Origin: Eledone cirrhosa
Taxonomy: Eukaryota
Direction: 5' to 3'
Assembly (NCBI GenBank): GCA_964016885.1
Contig: OZ024758.1
Span: forward strand, 6,758,001-6,822,000
DNA length: 64,000 nt
The translations under genes were made by a program, and so were the position numbers. Under the pieces are notes generated by a model that was not told the DNA's origin, did no database searches, and saw only the letters and a list, made by a program, of their open reading frames with translations. Of this stretch, positions 57,901-63,351 are shown piece by piece; the first letter of the stretch is position 1; the number at the start of each line of letters is the position of its first letter.

Positions 57901-60900
57901 GAAACCACACATCTTATGGATTAACAGTTTCTGATATAATCATCTTCAAAGAAACTACACACAGAAACTACACATCTTATGGATTAACAGTTTCTGATAT
58001 AATCATCTTCAAAGAAAACAGACACTGCACACCTTGAGTGGATCATAAGAGCTGCTTACCTGGTTTTTGAAATGATTAAGTGTTGGGGGTTTCTTATCTT
58101 GTTCATTTACATTCTTAGTACTTTGTGCTTTCAAAACTTCACCGGAACGAAGGAATTGCTGCATAAATTCATTGCGATTTCTTTTCCACAAATACGAATA
58201 TTTTTCAAATGTGTTACTGTATTCTATAGCTTGGTTTATTACACTATCAACTCTTCCCATAATAGTTTCTCTCATTGATGTTATTTCATCCTTTGTTTCA
58301 AGATCCGGCTGTAGTGGTAGAAACAAATTATATACTACATATTTCTTAACAATAAATACTCTTCTCTCTCTATTAAATATATCTCTACCTACCATATATA
58401 CTGAAATATAAGCTGAGTGCCCTATATAAGCTGATCACCAAATTTTATGTATGAGGCAACAATCCAAAATAAGCCAAGGCAGCTTGTCAACACATTATGT
58501 TTAGATGGCGTGGTTCTGAAATTCTCATGAGTGGAGAATATAATTTATGAAGTTTTAATATTTTGATATTTAAAATGTTTTAAGTGTAGTTTAAAGAGTA
58601 GTTTTTGTTTCATAACTCCATTACGTAATGAATGTTTTACCAATTTCTGACCATTTTGAAGGCCACATTAATTTAAAATGCGATAAAAAACGAATTTTAT
58701 GTTGAAATATTCACCTCCAAGGTGAAACTGGTGTAATATTCACCTCCAAAGTGAAACTGGTGTAATATTCATCTCCAAAGTGAAAACAGTGTAATATTAA
58801 CCTCCAAAGTGAAAACAGTGTAATATTAACCTCCAAAGTGAAACTGGTGTAATATTCCCATCCAAAGTGAAACTGGTGTAAAATTCACCTCCAGAGTGAA
58901 AATGTGTTAGCACCTCATTTATGTGAATTTTGAAGTTGGCGAAATTTGGCAAAATATTGATCTCAAATATAAGCATTGAAACTGTTCTATTTGTCAGGAA
59001 TCTATTTCAAATCTCTCAACTCTATACCTTTTCCATTCGTCCCTTATCTGATTTATGCTAAGGCTAGTGGTAAGGGTGTTGCACTTATGATCATAATGTT
59101 GTAGGTTCAATTCCTGGACTAGATTGTGAATTGTGTTCTTGAGCAAAACACTTCAAATGAGTACCAGTAATAGCTGGGGGTTTAACCCTGCAATGGACTG
59201 GTGTCCTGTCCAAGCAAGAGTCTTGTACTTTCAATTGCTTCATTCCATGGAAACCAAGATAAGCATATTGTCCAATGCTCTACCGATACTGCCAACCTAC
59301 TGCCCTAATATCCCATAATCTAACATATAATGATTGGGGGAATGTGGGACTGTGTCAGGGATATTTTTTTATGAAGGTGTTATTAAAATAAGTTGGATTA
59401 CTTTGAATAAATAATGAATGAATATTATGTAATTTATCTACTAAATTTTGTAGCTCTTGATTAAACATAAATATTCTTATATATAAAGTATTGCTTATTT
59501 TAAGATTCACTTCTTTAAAATTTTCAAATTTTCTACACTTTTGGTTAACGTCCATTACATTATAACACTTATTACATCGCTTATATAAACGTTCACATAT
59601 TTACATCGTTATATCAGGTTTATATTTCCGTTGCTAATTTTCACCTAATGCAGTTTATATATAATATCATCTTTTTAAAAAATATATCATGGAATACTTT
59701 ACTGATTACAGAAGACAGTGTAACACAGTCTCTCTTCAATTTCTGTGCATATTGTCAATTACGATTTTATTTGATATATATCTACATGCATATAATATTT
59801 GCATATAATATCAATATGCACACTACACATGCTAGCAGGAAAACCATCATTCGGGTGGTTTTTCTGCTAGTAATAATAATATAAAATGATGTTATGATAT
59901 CAACATTACCGCATAATTAATAATATTACTATGCTTTGCGAGCCGATTTATGCCTTCAGCTTGTGAGTATATATCATCCATAAGTCCTTCAACAAGCTCC
60001 CAAAATCCATCCGGGTTTTGAATGTTCAATGATGGAGAAAAGAGCATTTTAGGAACTTGCAATTCCAGCTTCACTTCAAATAGAGGATCAATTGTTTCTA
60101 TAGGCTCTGTGTTATCCAGAAAGAAATTGAGACTTGTTTTTATGAGGGAAAAGAATCCTGTAGTCACTTTATTATCAACATACTGCACATAAGCCTTCCA
60201 CTCGGCAGAATCAGGATCGGCAGCAAAGTTCTCGATATTTTTCTGAATGAAAGAAATAAAAATGTAAGAGTAAATATTTTTCATGCAATAAATCTCAGAT
60301 ACATTAATAGCAAAAGATAAGAGTGATGAAAACATAAGTATGAAATTGAAGGAATGTATAATATATTGTTTCTACTTTTGGTACAAGACCAGCAATTATC
60401 CCAGCGCATTACTGGTACTTTATTTTATCGACCCTGTAAGGATGAAAGGCAAAGTTAACCTCGACGGGATTTGAACTCAGATCAAATTCCACCGAGGTTA
60501 ACTTTGTATAGTATATTATTGGATTGAATGTATGAGAGGTTCAATGTGGTGCTGTAAAGATTTGGTTGAGGTTTGATGGAAGTAGAGTTAAATTGTAGTT
60601 TAGGTAAATTGGGTTATACTGAAGAACATGTGGTTAGTATGATGAGTTTCCGGACTCGAGACAGTCTTTATACTTTAGACAGGAAAAAGGACTAGCCACA
60701 TACATGGACACAAACACCCACATGCACCTTCAATTTAGCTTTTACCTGGAGAAGTTTATGAATTTCTTTTCCATTTTTAATAATTTCTGCTGAGCGCTTT
60801 GCTAGACGGTCTTCTCTGTCGTCCAAATTAAGCAAGAGTCCCATTTTTTCATCTTTACGCTCAAACAATGGTTGTTTATTCCATGTAGACATCAATAGTT

Positions 60901-61626
60901 CAATCGTTTTTACGTTTTCTTTTGACATTTTAAGGTTACTGTATAACTGATAGATTGTATTCTTTGTGACTTCAATGTAATCCCAGATACCTAATGGAAC
61001 AGATCATGTCATTAAAGAATTAAACTCCCTCCAAGCAAAAAGCACAATATTTTAGAGATTAGTATTACTTTAGTATTACAGGCAGACTATGTTAAAACAA
61101 AATGTGGTGAATTGGCAGAATTGTTAGAAGATCATATATTTCTTTCAAAGTCAGATGTCGCCAGCTTATGTTCTGAATCCATTGAAGCAGGTGAGGGTAG
61201 GTACCATGAAGGTGCTTTTGTTGTTTGGATGAAAGCGTTCATGTTTCACTTTCATATAGCAAGATTGGTTGAAAGAAATATATGCTGGCTTCCCATGCAT
61301 ATCTGTCGTTGTACGTAAAAGGAGATTAAGATTTGCTGGCCACGGCCACCGTGCCACCTACGAGGCTGTGTCCCCAATAGTGCTTTGGAAACCACAAGCA
61401 GTCACTAATATCAGGGGACACAAGTTCTCCTATCCTGATGTCATCTCCAGAGATTCTGGTTTGGTTTCTATGAGTTAGTGATGAATGTGGTGAAGAGAAA
61501 TGGAATGAGATAGCTGGGTCATGTGTTGAGGAAAAAATGTATTTGTATACATTGATAAATACCTTATGGAATGCACACAAACACTTTATAGGTATATATA
61601 TATTATATATATATATATATATATAT

Positions 61627-61668
<42 letters not shown>

Positions 61669-63351
61669 ATATGTGTGTGTATGACATGGGAAAAAAAACA
61701 CCCAGTCTACCCTGTAAAGTGGTCATGCTGATAACCTGATAAAAAACACCCAGTCTACCCTGTAAAGTGGTCATGCTGATAACCTGATAAAAAACACCCA
61801 GTCTACCCTGTAAAGTGATCATGCTGATAACCTGATAAAAAGCCCCCAGTCTACCCTGTAAAGTGGTCATGCTGATAACCTGATAAAAAACACCCAGTCT
61901 ACCCTGTAAAGTGGTCATGCTGATAACCTGATAAAAAGGCCCCAGTCTACCTTGTTAGATGGTCATTTCAGTGCCATGATAAAAAGCACCCAGTCCACAC
62001 CACACTGTAACGTGGTTGGCATTAGCAAGGGCATCCAGCCACAGAAACTAAGGCAAAAAATACTGTTCCATGTGAGCAAGATGTAGTGACCTGACATGTT
62101 TCATAATGTGACAACCCATCTAACCCCACTCTCCAACTTTTACTACTCAGTTAATCTAAATAGAACAGATACAGAGAAAAATATCAAACCAAGACAACAG
62201 ACCTTCACTATTCCAGTTCATTTCTTGTTCAGCTCGATGAAGCTGCTGATCGATACTATTAAGTTTGTTGATAATAAGAGGAAACTCCACTGTAAGAGCT
62301 GAAGTTCGGATATCATTGTACCAAAATACTGCTTGGTCAAGGTTTGTCACAAACTGATAGAAATCATCTTTTCTTGCATACAGTTCATTACTGCTGTCAG
62401 GCATATTGGAAATGCCTCGAATCTCCATATATTTCACCTCTTTTAGGACTGATGTTAGCTGAAAATGTAACAACACAGATTAAAACTACCATATATACTC
62501 AAATATAAGCCAAGCCCCCATCCTCACCATTTTATGTCTGAGAAATGGGCAAAAATCCAAATCCCATTTATAAGCTGAGGCAGCTAATCAACACTTTATG
62601 TTCAGATGATGTGGTTTTGAAATTCTCAGGAGTGAAGAATATATTTAAGAAGTTTTAATATTTGGATATATAACATGTTTTAAATGTCCTTTACAGTATA
62701 CTCTTTTATTTCACAACCCAATTATGTAATGATTTTTTTACCAATTTCCAGCCATTTTGAAGACCATATTCATTCAAACCATATCAAAAACAATAAGAAA
62801 TATGAATTTCACATTCAAAGTGAAACTGGTGTAATATTCACCCCCAGAGTGAAACTGGTGTAATATTACCTCCAAAGTGAAACTGGTGTAATTTTCACCT
62901 CCAAAATGAAAACGGTATAATATTACCTCCAAAGTGAAACTGGTGTAATATTACCTCCAAAGTGAAACTGGTGTAATATTCCCCTCCAAAGTGAAACTGA
63001 TGTAATATTCTCCTCCAAAGAGAAACTGGTGTAATATTCCCCTCCAAAGTGAAACTGGTGTAATATTCTCCTCCATATTCACAGCTTAAAATACTCACCT
63101 GGAGACTTAATGTATGTTTATTTTACCCAAACATATTGTATATAGTTTCATATATATGCTAGTATATATTCAGATTTTACAGAATATATAGAATAAGAAG
63201 CAGCCTAAGAAAGCCATAACTTACCTCCAAGTCAAAGTTAACAGAAACTAACTTGTTTACATAACTTCTTGTCAATAAAGGTTGCTCCAATTTATATTCA
63301 CAGATTTCATCAACATTCTCAATCCATTTTTTATAACACGACTTTTCAAAC
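1729..63351 (-). CDS. DNAH9: Axonemal dynein heavy chain, outer-arm beta type (DNAH9/DNAH11/DNAH17-like); 47 exons in window, 5'-partial
   Basis: Exons splice in frame to about 3,824 aa. P-loops GPAGTGKT (AAA1), GKPGTGKS (AAA2), GTAGSGKS (AAA3), GVGGSGKQ (AAA4); CFDEFNR Walker B; stalk/MTBD; C-terminus ...[12 protein letters not shown] typical of beta-type chains. The symbol denotes the clade; 1:1 orthology is not established. Confidence 0.95.
2815..2930. repeat. About 23-bp tandem repeat with palindromic unit
   Basis: GTCTACCAGTTG(G/C)AACTGGTATA, about 5 copies. Confidence 0.85.
3820..3958 (+). mobile_element. SINE family A
   Basis: GAGGTTAACTTTGCCTTTCATCCTTACGGGGTCGATAAAATAAAGTACCAG core. 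Confidence 0.75.
4110..4298 (-). CDS. DNAH9: Dynein heavy chain exon (C-terminal domain)
   Basis: aag|VKTILDE...QECERMN...LDLGLK|gtaaaa. Confidence 0.92.
4925..5510 (+). mobile_element. Decayed LINE reverse transcriptase fragment (CR1/L2-like)
   Basis: DVIYLDFS and SYADD motifs, interrupted by stops/frameshifts. Confidence 0.75.
5826..6068 (-). CDS. DNAH9: Dynein heavy chain exon (AAA6 lid/C-terminal)
   Basis: tag|[11 protein letters not shown]...[10 protein letters not shown]...SKEEK|gtattt. Confidence 0.93.
6206..6504. repeat. 46-bp minisatellite overlapping an exon 3' end and donor
   Basis: Units start at 6206, 6252, 6298, 6344, 6390, 6436 and 6482. Confidence 0.92.
6484..6795 (-). CDS. 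DNAH9: Dynein heavy chain exon (AAA6 lid)
   Basis: cag|ETLEM...[15 protein letters not shown]...HPDM|gtatgt. Confidence 0.94.
7250..7745. repeat. Unclassified dispersed repeat
   Basis: CATCCATGAGCT...CTTGGGGAT motifs recur at about 31740-32000, 40215-40400, 41305-41420 and inverted at 53725-53960. Confidence 0.6.
7828..8055 (-). CDS. DNAH9: Dynein heavy chain exon (AAA6)
   Basis: cag|NVHLVARWL...[11 protein letters not shown]...FTQ|gtatca. Confidence 0.94.
8388..8664 (-). CDS. DNAH9: Dynein heavy chain exon (AAA6)
   Basis: Phase-2 start; [10 protein letters not shown]...SLGQGQE...GHWVILQ|gtaata. Confidence 0.94.
10153..10346 (-). CDS. DNAH9: Dynein heavy chain exon
   Basis: cag|ALSEMDEF...[13 protein letters not shown]|gtttgt. 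Confidence 0.93.
10521..10972. repeat. 45-bp minisatellite
   Basis: AACTACATCTACAGGTGAGATATAATTCAGTACTGCAAGGTAACA, about 10 copies. Confidence 0.92.
11129..11251 (-). CDS. DNAH9: Dynein heavy chain exon
   Basis: Not in ORF track; cag|[20 protein letters not shown]...GWGGIK|gtaaga. Confidence 0.9.
11670..12040 (-). mobile_element. CRE-clade non-LTR retrotransposon 3' fragment (restriction-like endonuclease)
   Basis: [13 protein letters not shown]...KLSKY...PLAVETSG...[15 protein letters not shown]; GC-rich relative to host. Confidence 0.7.
12085..12720 (-). mobile_element. RTE-clade LINE 3' fragment with (GAT)n tail
   Basis: Degenerate RTE C-terminal coding; tail shared with about 9500-9723, 15603-15780, 29200-29430 and 44960-45285. 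Confidence 0.7.
12922..13092 (-). CDS. DNAH9: Dynein heavy chain exon
   Basis: Not in ORF track; cag|[10 protein letters not shown]...[21 protein letters not shown]|gtatgg. Confidence 0.92.
13249..13509 (-). CDS. DNAH9: Dynein heavy chain exon (AAA5/buttress)
   Basis: cag|[11 protein letters not shown]...HPMYQFSLK|gtatgt. Confidence 0.94.
13572..13801. mobile_element. Penelope-like inverted terminal remnant (97-bp arms)
   Basis: Arms 13572-13668 and 13705-13801, 4 mismatches, 36-nt spacer; hammerhead motif in each arm; adjacent to (TA)n. Confidence 0.65.
13615..13668 (-). ncRNA. Minimal type I hammerhead ribozyme (Penelope-like), intact core
   Basis: Minus strand reads GCC-CUGAUGA-GUCCU(UAAU)AGGAC-GAAA-C(AUU)G-UC-GGC-UAAUAAA. 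Confidence 0.75.
14611..14798 (-). mobile_element. SINE family A, full length with TSD
   Basis: Perfect 14-bp TSD TAGAGTGAAATAAT at 14597-14610 and 14799-14812. Confidence 0.85.
14840..14997 (-). mobile_element. SINE family A (diverged)
   Basis: Family core motifs. Confidence 0.7.
15050..15304 (-). CDS. DNAH9: Dynein heavy chain exon (AAA5)
   Basis: Not in ORF track; cag|[10 protein letters not shown]...[21 protein letters not shown]...ITLK|gtaaaa. Confidence 0.93.
15353..15562 (-). mobile_element. SINE family A
   Basis: Family core motifs, long variant. Confidence 0.78.
15960..17125 (+). mobile_element. CR1-like LINE 3' end containing a 61-bp tandem expansion
   Basis: TRGHAFKI...[13 protein letters not shown]; unexpanded copy at 47322-47620. 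Confidence 0.78.
16170..17024. repeat. 61-bp minisatellite (14 copies)
   Basis: CATGGAATAAACT...TAAAACCTC units. Confidence 0.95.
17150..17318. repeat. (GAT/GGT)n microsatellite
   Basis: Direct reading. Confidence 0.9.
17325..17465 (-). CDS. DNAH9: Dynein heavy chain exon (AAA5)
   Basis: cag|TVRLGQKGY...[10 protein letters not shown]|gtatac. Confidence 0.93.
17932..18312. repeat. 55-bp minisatellite
   Basis: About 7 copies. Confidence 0.92.
18398..19201 (-). CDS. DNAH9: Dynein heavy chain exon (MTBD, stalk CC2, start of AAA5)
   Basis: tag|VDTFLNNL...[16 protein letters not shown]...KLR|gtaagt. Confidence 0.95.
19255..19690 (+). mobile_element. RTE-like LINE C-terminal fragment
   Basis: LPVVLYG...[13 protein letters not shown]...[12 protein letters not shown]. 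Confidence 0.72.
19875..20021 (-). CDS. DNAH9: Dynein heavy chain exon (microtubule-binding domain); GC donor
   Basis: cag|[13 protein letters not shown]...[12 protein letters not shown]|gcaaga. Confidence 0.88.
20150..21720. repeat. (TG)-rich low complexity enclosing a 32-bp minisatellite (about 20590-21430)
   Basis: GTGTCCATGTATTCGTATGAATGTGTTTGT(G/A)T, about 26 copies. Confidence 0.93.
21739..21999 (-). CDS. DNAH9: Dynein heavy chain exon (stalk CC1)
   Basis: aag|VDDLKAKL...[17 protein letters not shown]|gtaagt. Confidence 0.93.
22043..23202. mobile_element. piggyBac-type MITE with internal 73-bp tandem expansion
   Basis: TTAA-C(T)CTTTAGCA ... TACTAAAGGG-TTAA termini. Confidence 0.75.
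23245..23323. repeat. 18-bp tandem repeat after a hAT-like terminus
   Basis: GGTTGTGGACCAGTACCA, about 4 copies, preceded by CAATGTTTCCCAAAC. Confidence 0.8.
23376..23609 (-). CDS. DNAH9: Dynein heavy chain exon (AAA4 lid/stalk base)
   Basis: cag|AEQCE...[12 protein letters not shown]...TSEQ|gtaaag. Confidence 0.94.
24051..24952. repeat. (CAC/CAA/TAC)n compound microsatellite
   Basis: Direct reading, about 900 bp. Confidence 0.93.
24965..25126 (-). CDS. DNAH9: Dynein heavy chain exon (AAA4)
   Basis: cag|VVLCFSPVG...[10 protein letters not shown]...LLG|gtaagt. Confidence 0.93.
25218..26002. repeat. 31-bp minisatellite (about 22 copies) followed by a 22-bp repeat (about 4 copies)
   Basis: GAGGGCCACATGGGTCACATATGTGTTGTCT units; both units match the hAT MITE at 52114. 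Confidence 0.92.
26349..26614 (-). CDS. DNAH9: Dynein heavy chain exon (AAA4)
   Basis: Phase-1 start after aag; [10 protein letters not shown]...FLVLINDLL...RRNLK|gtaggt. Confidence 0.9.
26671..27031 (-). mobile_element. Tandem pair of SINE family A
   Basis: Two copies starting at about 26671 and 26877. Confidence 0.78.
27864..28221 (-). CDS. DNAH9: Dynein heavy chain exon (AAA4 P-loop)
   Basis: MNLVLFEDA...[20 protein letters not shown]...DLK-G|gtaact. Confidence 0.94.
28678..28942 (-). mobile_element. SINE family A fragment plus full copy
   Basis: Family core motifs. Confidence 0.78.
29803..29964 (-). CDS. DNAH9: Dynein heavy chain exon (AAA3 lid)
   Basis: cag|GILFADK...[15 protein letters not shown]...SFE|gtatta. 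Confidence 0.92.
30170..30551. mobile_element. Tigger/pogo-type MITE
   Basis: TA-CAGTGGAACCTC ... GAGGTTCCACTG-TA. Confidence 0.78.
30682..30921 (-). CDS. DNAH9: Dynein heavy chain exon (AAA3)
   Basis: cag|RHFCVFA...[22 protein letters not shown]|gtaaga. Confidence 0.94.
31160..31495 (-). mobile_element. tRNA-derived CORE-like SINE family B
   Basis: TGGCTTAGTGG A-box; TGTGTCCTTGAGCAAGTCACTT resembles the CORE domain; related copies at about 9830-10085, 33746-34045 and 59060-59250 (+). Confidence 0.65.
32119..32434. mobile_element. piggyBac-type MITE fragment with 60-bp tandem expansion
   Basis: TTAACCCTTT terminus; same family as 53229-53457. Confidence 0.7.
32540..32812. repeat. 49-bp minisatellite
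   Basis: About 6 copies, running into the GGTTGGTGTTAGGAAGGGCATCC retroposon tail. Confidence 0.88.
32993..33160 (-). CDS. DNAH9: Dynein heavy chain exon (AAA3)
   Basis: cag|[10 protein letters not shown]...[16 protein letters not shown]|gtaagg. Confidence 0.94.
33278..33430 (-). mobile_element. SINE family A
   Basis: Family core motifs. Confidence 0.75.
33746..34045 (+). mobile_element. CORE-like SINE family B
   Basis: B-box GAGTTCGATTCC; homologous to 31160-31495. Confidence 0.65.
34386..34691 (-). CDS. DNAH9: Dynein heavy chain exon (AAA3 P-loop)
   Basis: tag|ATLVPTTET...GTAGSGKS...FVDDMNMPE|gtaaga. Confidence 0.95.
34898..35071 (-). CDS. DNAH9: Dynein heavy chain exon
   Basis: cag|[12 protein letters not shown]...GTVFDYF...IPLR|gtatgt. 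Confidence 0.93.
35230..35445. mobile_element. piggyBac-type MITE
   Basis: Ends TAAATGCTAAAGGG-TTAA. Confidence 0.75.
35507..35789 (-). CDS. DNAH9: Dynein heavy chain exon (AAA2 lid)
   Basis: Phase-2 start; YVQSW...[10 protein letters not shown]...FQDQ|gtaaat. Confidence 0.93.
35877..36210. mobile_element. Penelope-like remnant with 60-bp inverted repeat and hammerhead-like motif
   Basis: Arms 35969-36028 and 36037-36096; + strand CTGATGA...GAAA-CC(TTA)GG-TA-ATGGA; homologous to 55700-55925. Confidence 0.55.
36325..37450. repeat. 48-bp minisatellite
   Basis: CCCAGTCCACACTGTAAAGTGGTCGTGTAGGTGTCATAACAAAAAGCA, about 23 copies. Confidence 0.95.
37766..37970. mobile_element. Mariner-type MITE (about 200 bp)
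   Basis: TIR GCTGAAAAGTTCATAGGCT/AGCCTATGAACCTTTCAGC with TA ends; copies at about 23645-23848, 47244-47312 and 56306-56500. Confidence 0.72.
38033..38309 (-). CDS. DNAH9: Dynein heavy chain exon (AAA2)
   Basis: Phase-1 start; [24 protein letters not shown]...[10 protein letters not shown]; CC|gtgagt. Confidence 0.95.
38337..38785 (-). mobile_element. Tandem pair of SINE family A
   Basis: Two copies starting at about 38337 and 38570. Confidence 0.78.
38968..39832. repeat. 42-bp minisatellite
   Basis: About 20 copies; stop-free in several frames. Confidence 0.93.
39968..40178 (-). CDS. DNAH9: Dynein heavy chain exon (AAA2 P-loop)
   Basis: cag|VVQLQEL...GKPGTGKS...REWKD-G|gtaaat. Confidence 0.95.
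40829..40978 (-). mobile_element. SINE family A
   Basis: Family core motifs. Confidence 0.75.
41036..41230 (-). CDS. DNAH9: Dynein heavy chain exon (AAA1 lid)
   Basis: tag|[14 protein letters not shown]...FILK|gtaagt. Confidence 0.94.
41700..41830 (-). mobile_element. SINE family A (diverged)
   Basis: Family core motifs. Confidence 0.65.
42233..42325 (-). CDS. DNAH9: Dynein heavy chain exon (AAA1 lid)
   Basis: aag|[14 protein letters not shown]...PEDQ|gtatgt. Confidence 0.93.
42650..43183 (+). mobile_element. Non-autonomous Helitron-like element
   Basis: A|TCTATATAAT start; 3' hairpin; ends CCAG|T; homologous to 59319-59870. Confidence 0.65.
43469..43607 (-). CDS. DNAH9: Dynein heavy chain exon (AAA1)
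   Basis: Phase-2 start; [15 protein letters not shown]...LLSKQ|gtaaat. Confidence 0.94.
44248..44510 (-). CDS. DNAH9: Dynein heavy chain exon (AAA1 Walker B/sensor)
   Basis: tag|SIGNIYKG...[10 protein letters not shown]...[22 protein letters not shown]|gtaagt. Confidence 0.96.
44625..44781 (-). CDS. DNAH9: Dynein heavy chain exon (AAA1 P-loop)
   Basis: Phase-2 start; [18 protein letters not shown]...[10 protein letters not shown]|gtaagt. Confidence 0.96.
44960..45285 (+). mobile_element. RTE-clade LINE 3' end
   Basis: GRPxKTWAEVV-like coding and (GAT)n tail. Confidence 0.68.
45358..45650 (-). CDS. DNAH9: Dynein heavy chain exon (linker/AAA1 start)
   Basis: cag|VSQLNAL...[10 protein letters not shown]...[18 protein letters not shown]|gtaaga. 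Confidence 0.95.
45743..45964 (-). mobile_element. SINE family A, full length
   Basis: Flanked by the imperfect direct repeat AAGG(A/T)CCCT(C/G)AAAATAAT. Confidence 0.82.
46141..46337 (+). mobile_element. SINE family A, full length
   Basis: GGGCGGTGAATTGG head, B-box GAGTTCAAATCC, ATT-repeat tail. Confidence 0.85.
46600..46890. repeat. (CAC/CAT)n low complexity and (CA)n
   Basis: Direct reading. Confidence 0.85.
46948..47181 (-). CDS. DNAH9: Dynein heavy chain exon (linker)
   Basis: cag|VEIWLNNV...[15 protein letters not shown]...FKKQ|gtaaac. Confidence 0.94.
47322..47620 (+). mobile_element. CR1-like LINE 3' end with (ATT)n tail
   Basis: Collinear with 16120-16230 and 17021-17125. Confidence 0.75.
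48595..48732 (-). CDS. DNAH9: Dynein heavy chain exon (linker)
   Basis: Not in ORF track; cag|[15 protein letters not shown]...SKDGE...CDCSGQ|gtaaga. Confidence 0.91.
49160..49432 (+). mobile_element. SINE family A, two fused partial copies
   Basis: Core motif occurs twice. Confidence 0.7.
49532..49741. repeat. 105-bp tandem duplication
   Basis: Copies start at 49532 and 49637. Confidence 0.9.
49789..50007 (-). CDS. DNAH9: Dynein heavy chain exon (linker)
   Basis: tag|QIVSE...[25 protein letters not shown]...PIA|gtaagt. Confidence 0.94.
50968..51192 (-). CDS. DNAH9: Dynein heavy chain exon (linker)
   Basis: tag|AQLQNML...[12 protein letters not shown]...DFK|gtaatt. Confidence 0.94.
51414..51629. 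mobile_element. piggyBac-type MITE
   Basis: TIR CCTTTAGCATTTA/TAAATGCTAAAGG with TTAA at both ends. Confidence 0.8.
51817..52062 (-). CDS. DNAH9: Dynein heavy chain exon (tail/linker)
   Basis: cag|VNIKMDE...[11 protein letters not shown]...LEENQ|gtaata. Confidence 0.93.
52114..52329. mobile_element. hAT-type MITE
   Basis: TIR TAGGCATGTCAAAC/GTTTGACAAGCCTG; 8-bp TSD CTTTATAG/CTTTGTAG. Confidence 0.75.
52748..53149 (-). CDS. DNAH9: Dynein heavy chain exon (tail)
   Basis: tag|TNLEI...[16 protein letters not shown]|gtgaat. Confidence 0.94.
53229..53457. mobile_element. piggyBac-type MITE
   Basis: TIRs with TTAA at both ends. Confidence 0.8.
54395..54598 (-). CDS. DNAH9: Dynein heavy chain exon (tail)
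   Basis: tag|[11 protein letters not shown]...VAPLQAAEV...ILDR|gtgagt. Confidence 0.91.
54942..55012 (-). pseudogene. Degenerate tRNA-Ala-like sequence (pseudo-tRNA or SINE head)
   Basis: D arm GTGT/ACAC; anticodon arm TTGGT-CCAGCAA-ACCAA (AGC); T arm GTGGG-TTTGTGT-CCCAT; weak acceptor stem; T6 run downstream. Confidence 0.5.
55151..55376. repeat. 22-bp AT-rich minisatellite
   Basis: TTTATATATAAATATATTTACA, about 10 copies. Confidence 0.9.
55700..55925. mobile_element. Penelope-like remnant with hammerhead-like motif (same family as 35877-36210)
   Basis: Shares GAGTGCTC...CAGAGCTATTTAATTA; CTGATGA at 55835, GAAACCTTTGGTAATGGAG at 55878. Confidence 0.5.
56014..56236 (-). CDS. DNAH9: Dynein heavy chain exon (tail)
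   Basis: Phase-2 start; LNELEHFI...[15 protein letters not shown]...QIE|gtaagc. Confidence 0.92.
56557..56726 (-). CDS. DNAH9: Dynein heavy chain exon (tail)
   Basis: Not in ORF track; tag|[10 protein letters not shown]...[10 protein letters not shown]...VID-AG|gtaagt. Confidence 0.9.
56814..56903 (+). mobile_element. SINE family A 3' fragment
   Basis: Family core motifs. Confidence 0.7.
56929..57156. mobile_element. piggyBac-type MITE
   Basis: TIRs with TTAA at both ends. Confidence 0.8.
57337..58022. repeat. 57-bp minisatellite
   Basis: About 12 copies, two with a 6-bp insertion. Confidence 0.93.
58060..58308 (-). CDS. DNAH9: Dynein heavy chain exon (tail)
   Basis: cag|PDLETKD...YSYLW...PTLNHFKNQ|gtaagc. 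Confidence 0.91.
58388..58975. mobile_element. Tc2/pogo-like non-autonomous element with 29-bp repeats
   Basis: Terminus TACCATATATACTGAAATATAAGC; homologous to 62487-63100 and 49435-49764. Confidence 0.55.
59319..59870 (+). mobile_element. Non-autonomous Helitron-like element
   Basis: A|TC start; hairpin CTAGCAGGAAAACCATC...GGTGGTTTTTCTGCTAG; ends CTAG|T. Confidence 0.7.
59910..60242 (-). CDS. DNAH9: Dynein heavy chain exon (tail)
   Basis: cag|KNIENF...WKAYVQYVD...PLFEVKLEL...NYA|gtaatg. Confidence 0.92.
60365..60506 (-). mobile_element. SINE family A with terminal fold-back
   Basis: Family core plus 25-bp inverted repeat. Confidence 0.72.
60746..60990 (-). CDS. DNAH9: Dynein heavy chain exon (tail)
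   Basis: Phase-1 start; IWDYIE...PLFERKD...IHKLLQ|gtaaaa. Confidence 0.91.
61110..61480 (+). mobile_element. RTE-like LINE fragment
   Basis: [15 protein letters not shown] motif. Confidence 0.6.
61692..61955. repeat. 48-bp minisatellite related to 36325-37450
   Basis: CCCAGTCTACCCTGTAAAGTGGTCATGCTGATAACCTGATAAAAAACA, about 5 copies. Confidence 0.88.
62203..62458 (-). CDS. DNAH9: Dynein heavy chain exon (N-terminal tail)
   Basis: cag|[11 protein letters not shown]...VEFPLI...NWNSE-G|gtctgt. Confidence 0.91.
62487..63100. mobile_element. Tc2/pogo-like non-autonomous element with 29-bp repeats
   Basis: Terminus TACCATATATACTCAAATATAAGC. Confidence 0.55.
63225..63351 (-). CDS. DNAH9: Dynein heavy chain exon (most 5' exon in window)
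   Basis: Phase-2 start; FEKSCYKKW...LEQPLL...VNFDLE|gtaagt. Confidence 0.88.

Noticed and set aside
57363-58037. 224-aa repeat ORF
   Set aside because: Translation of the 57-bp minisatellite.
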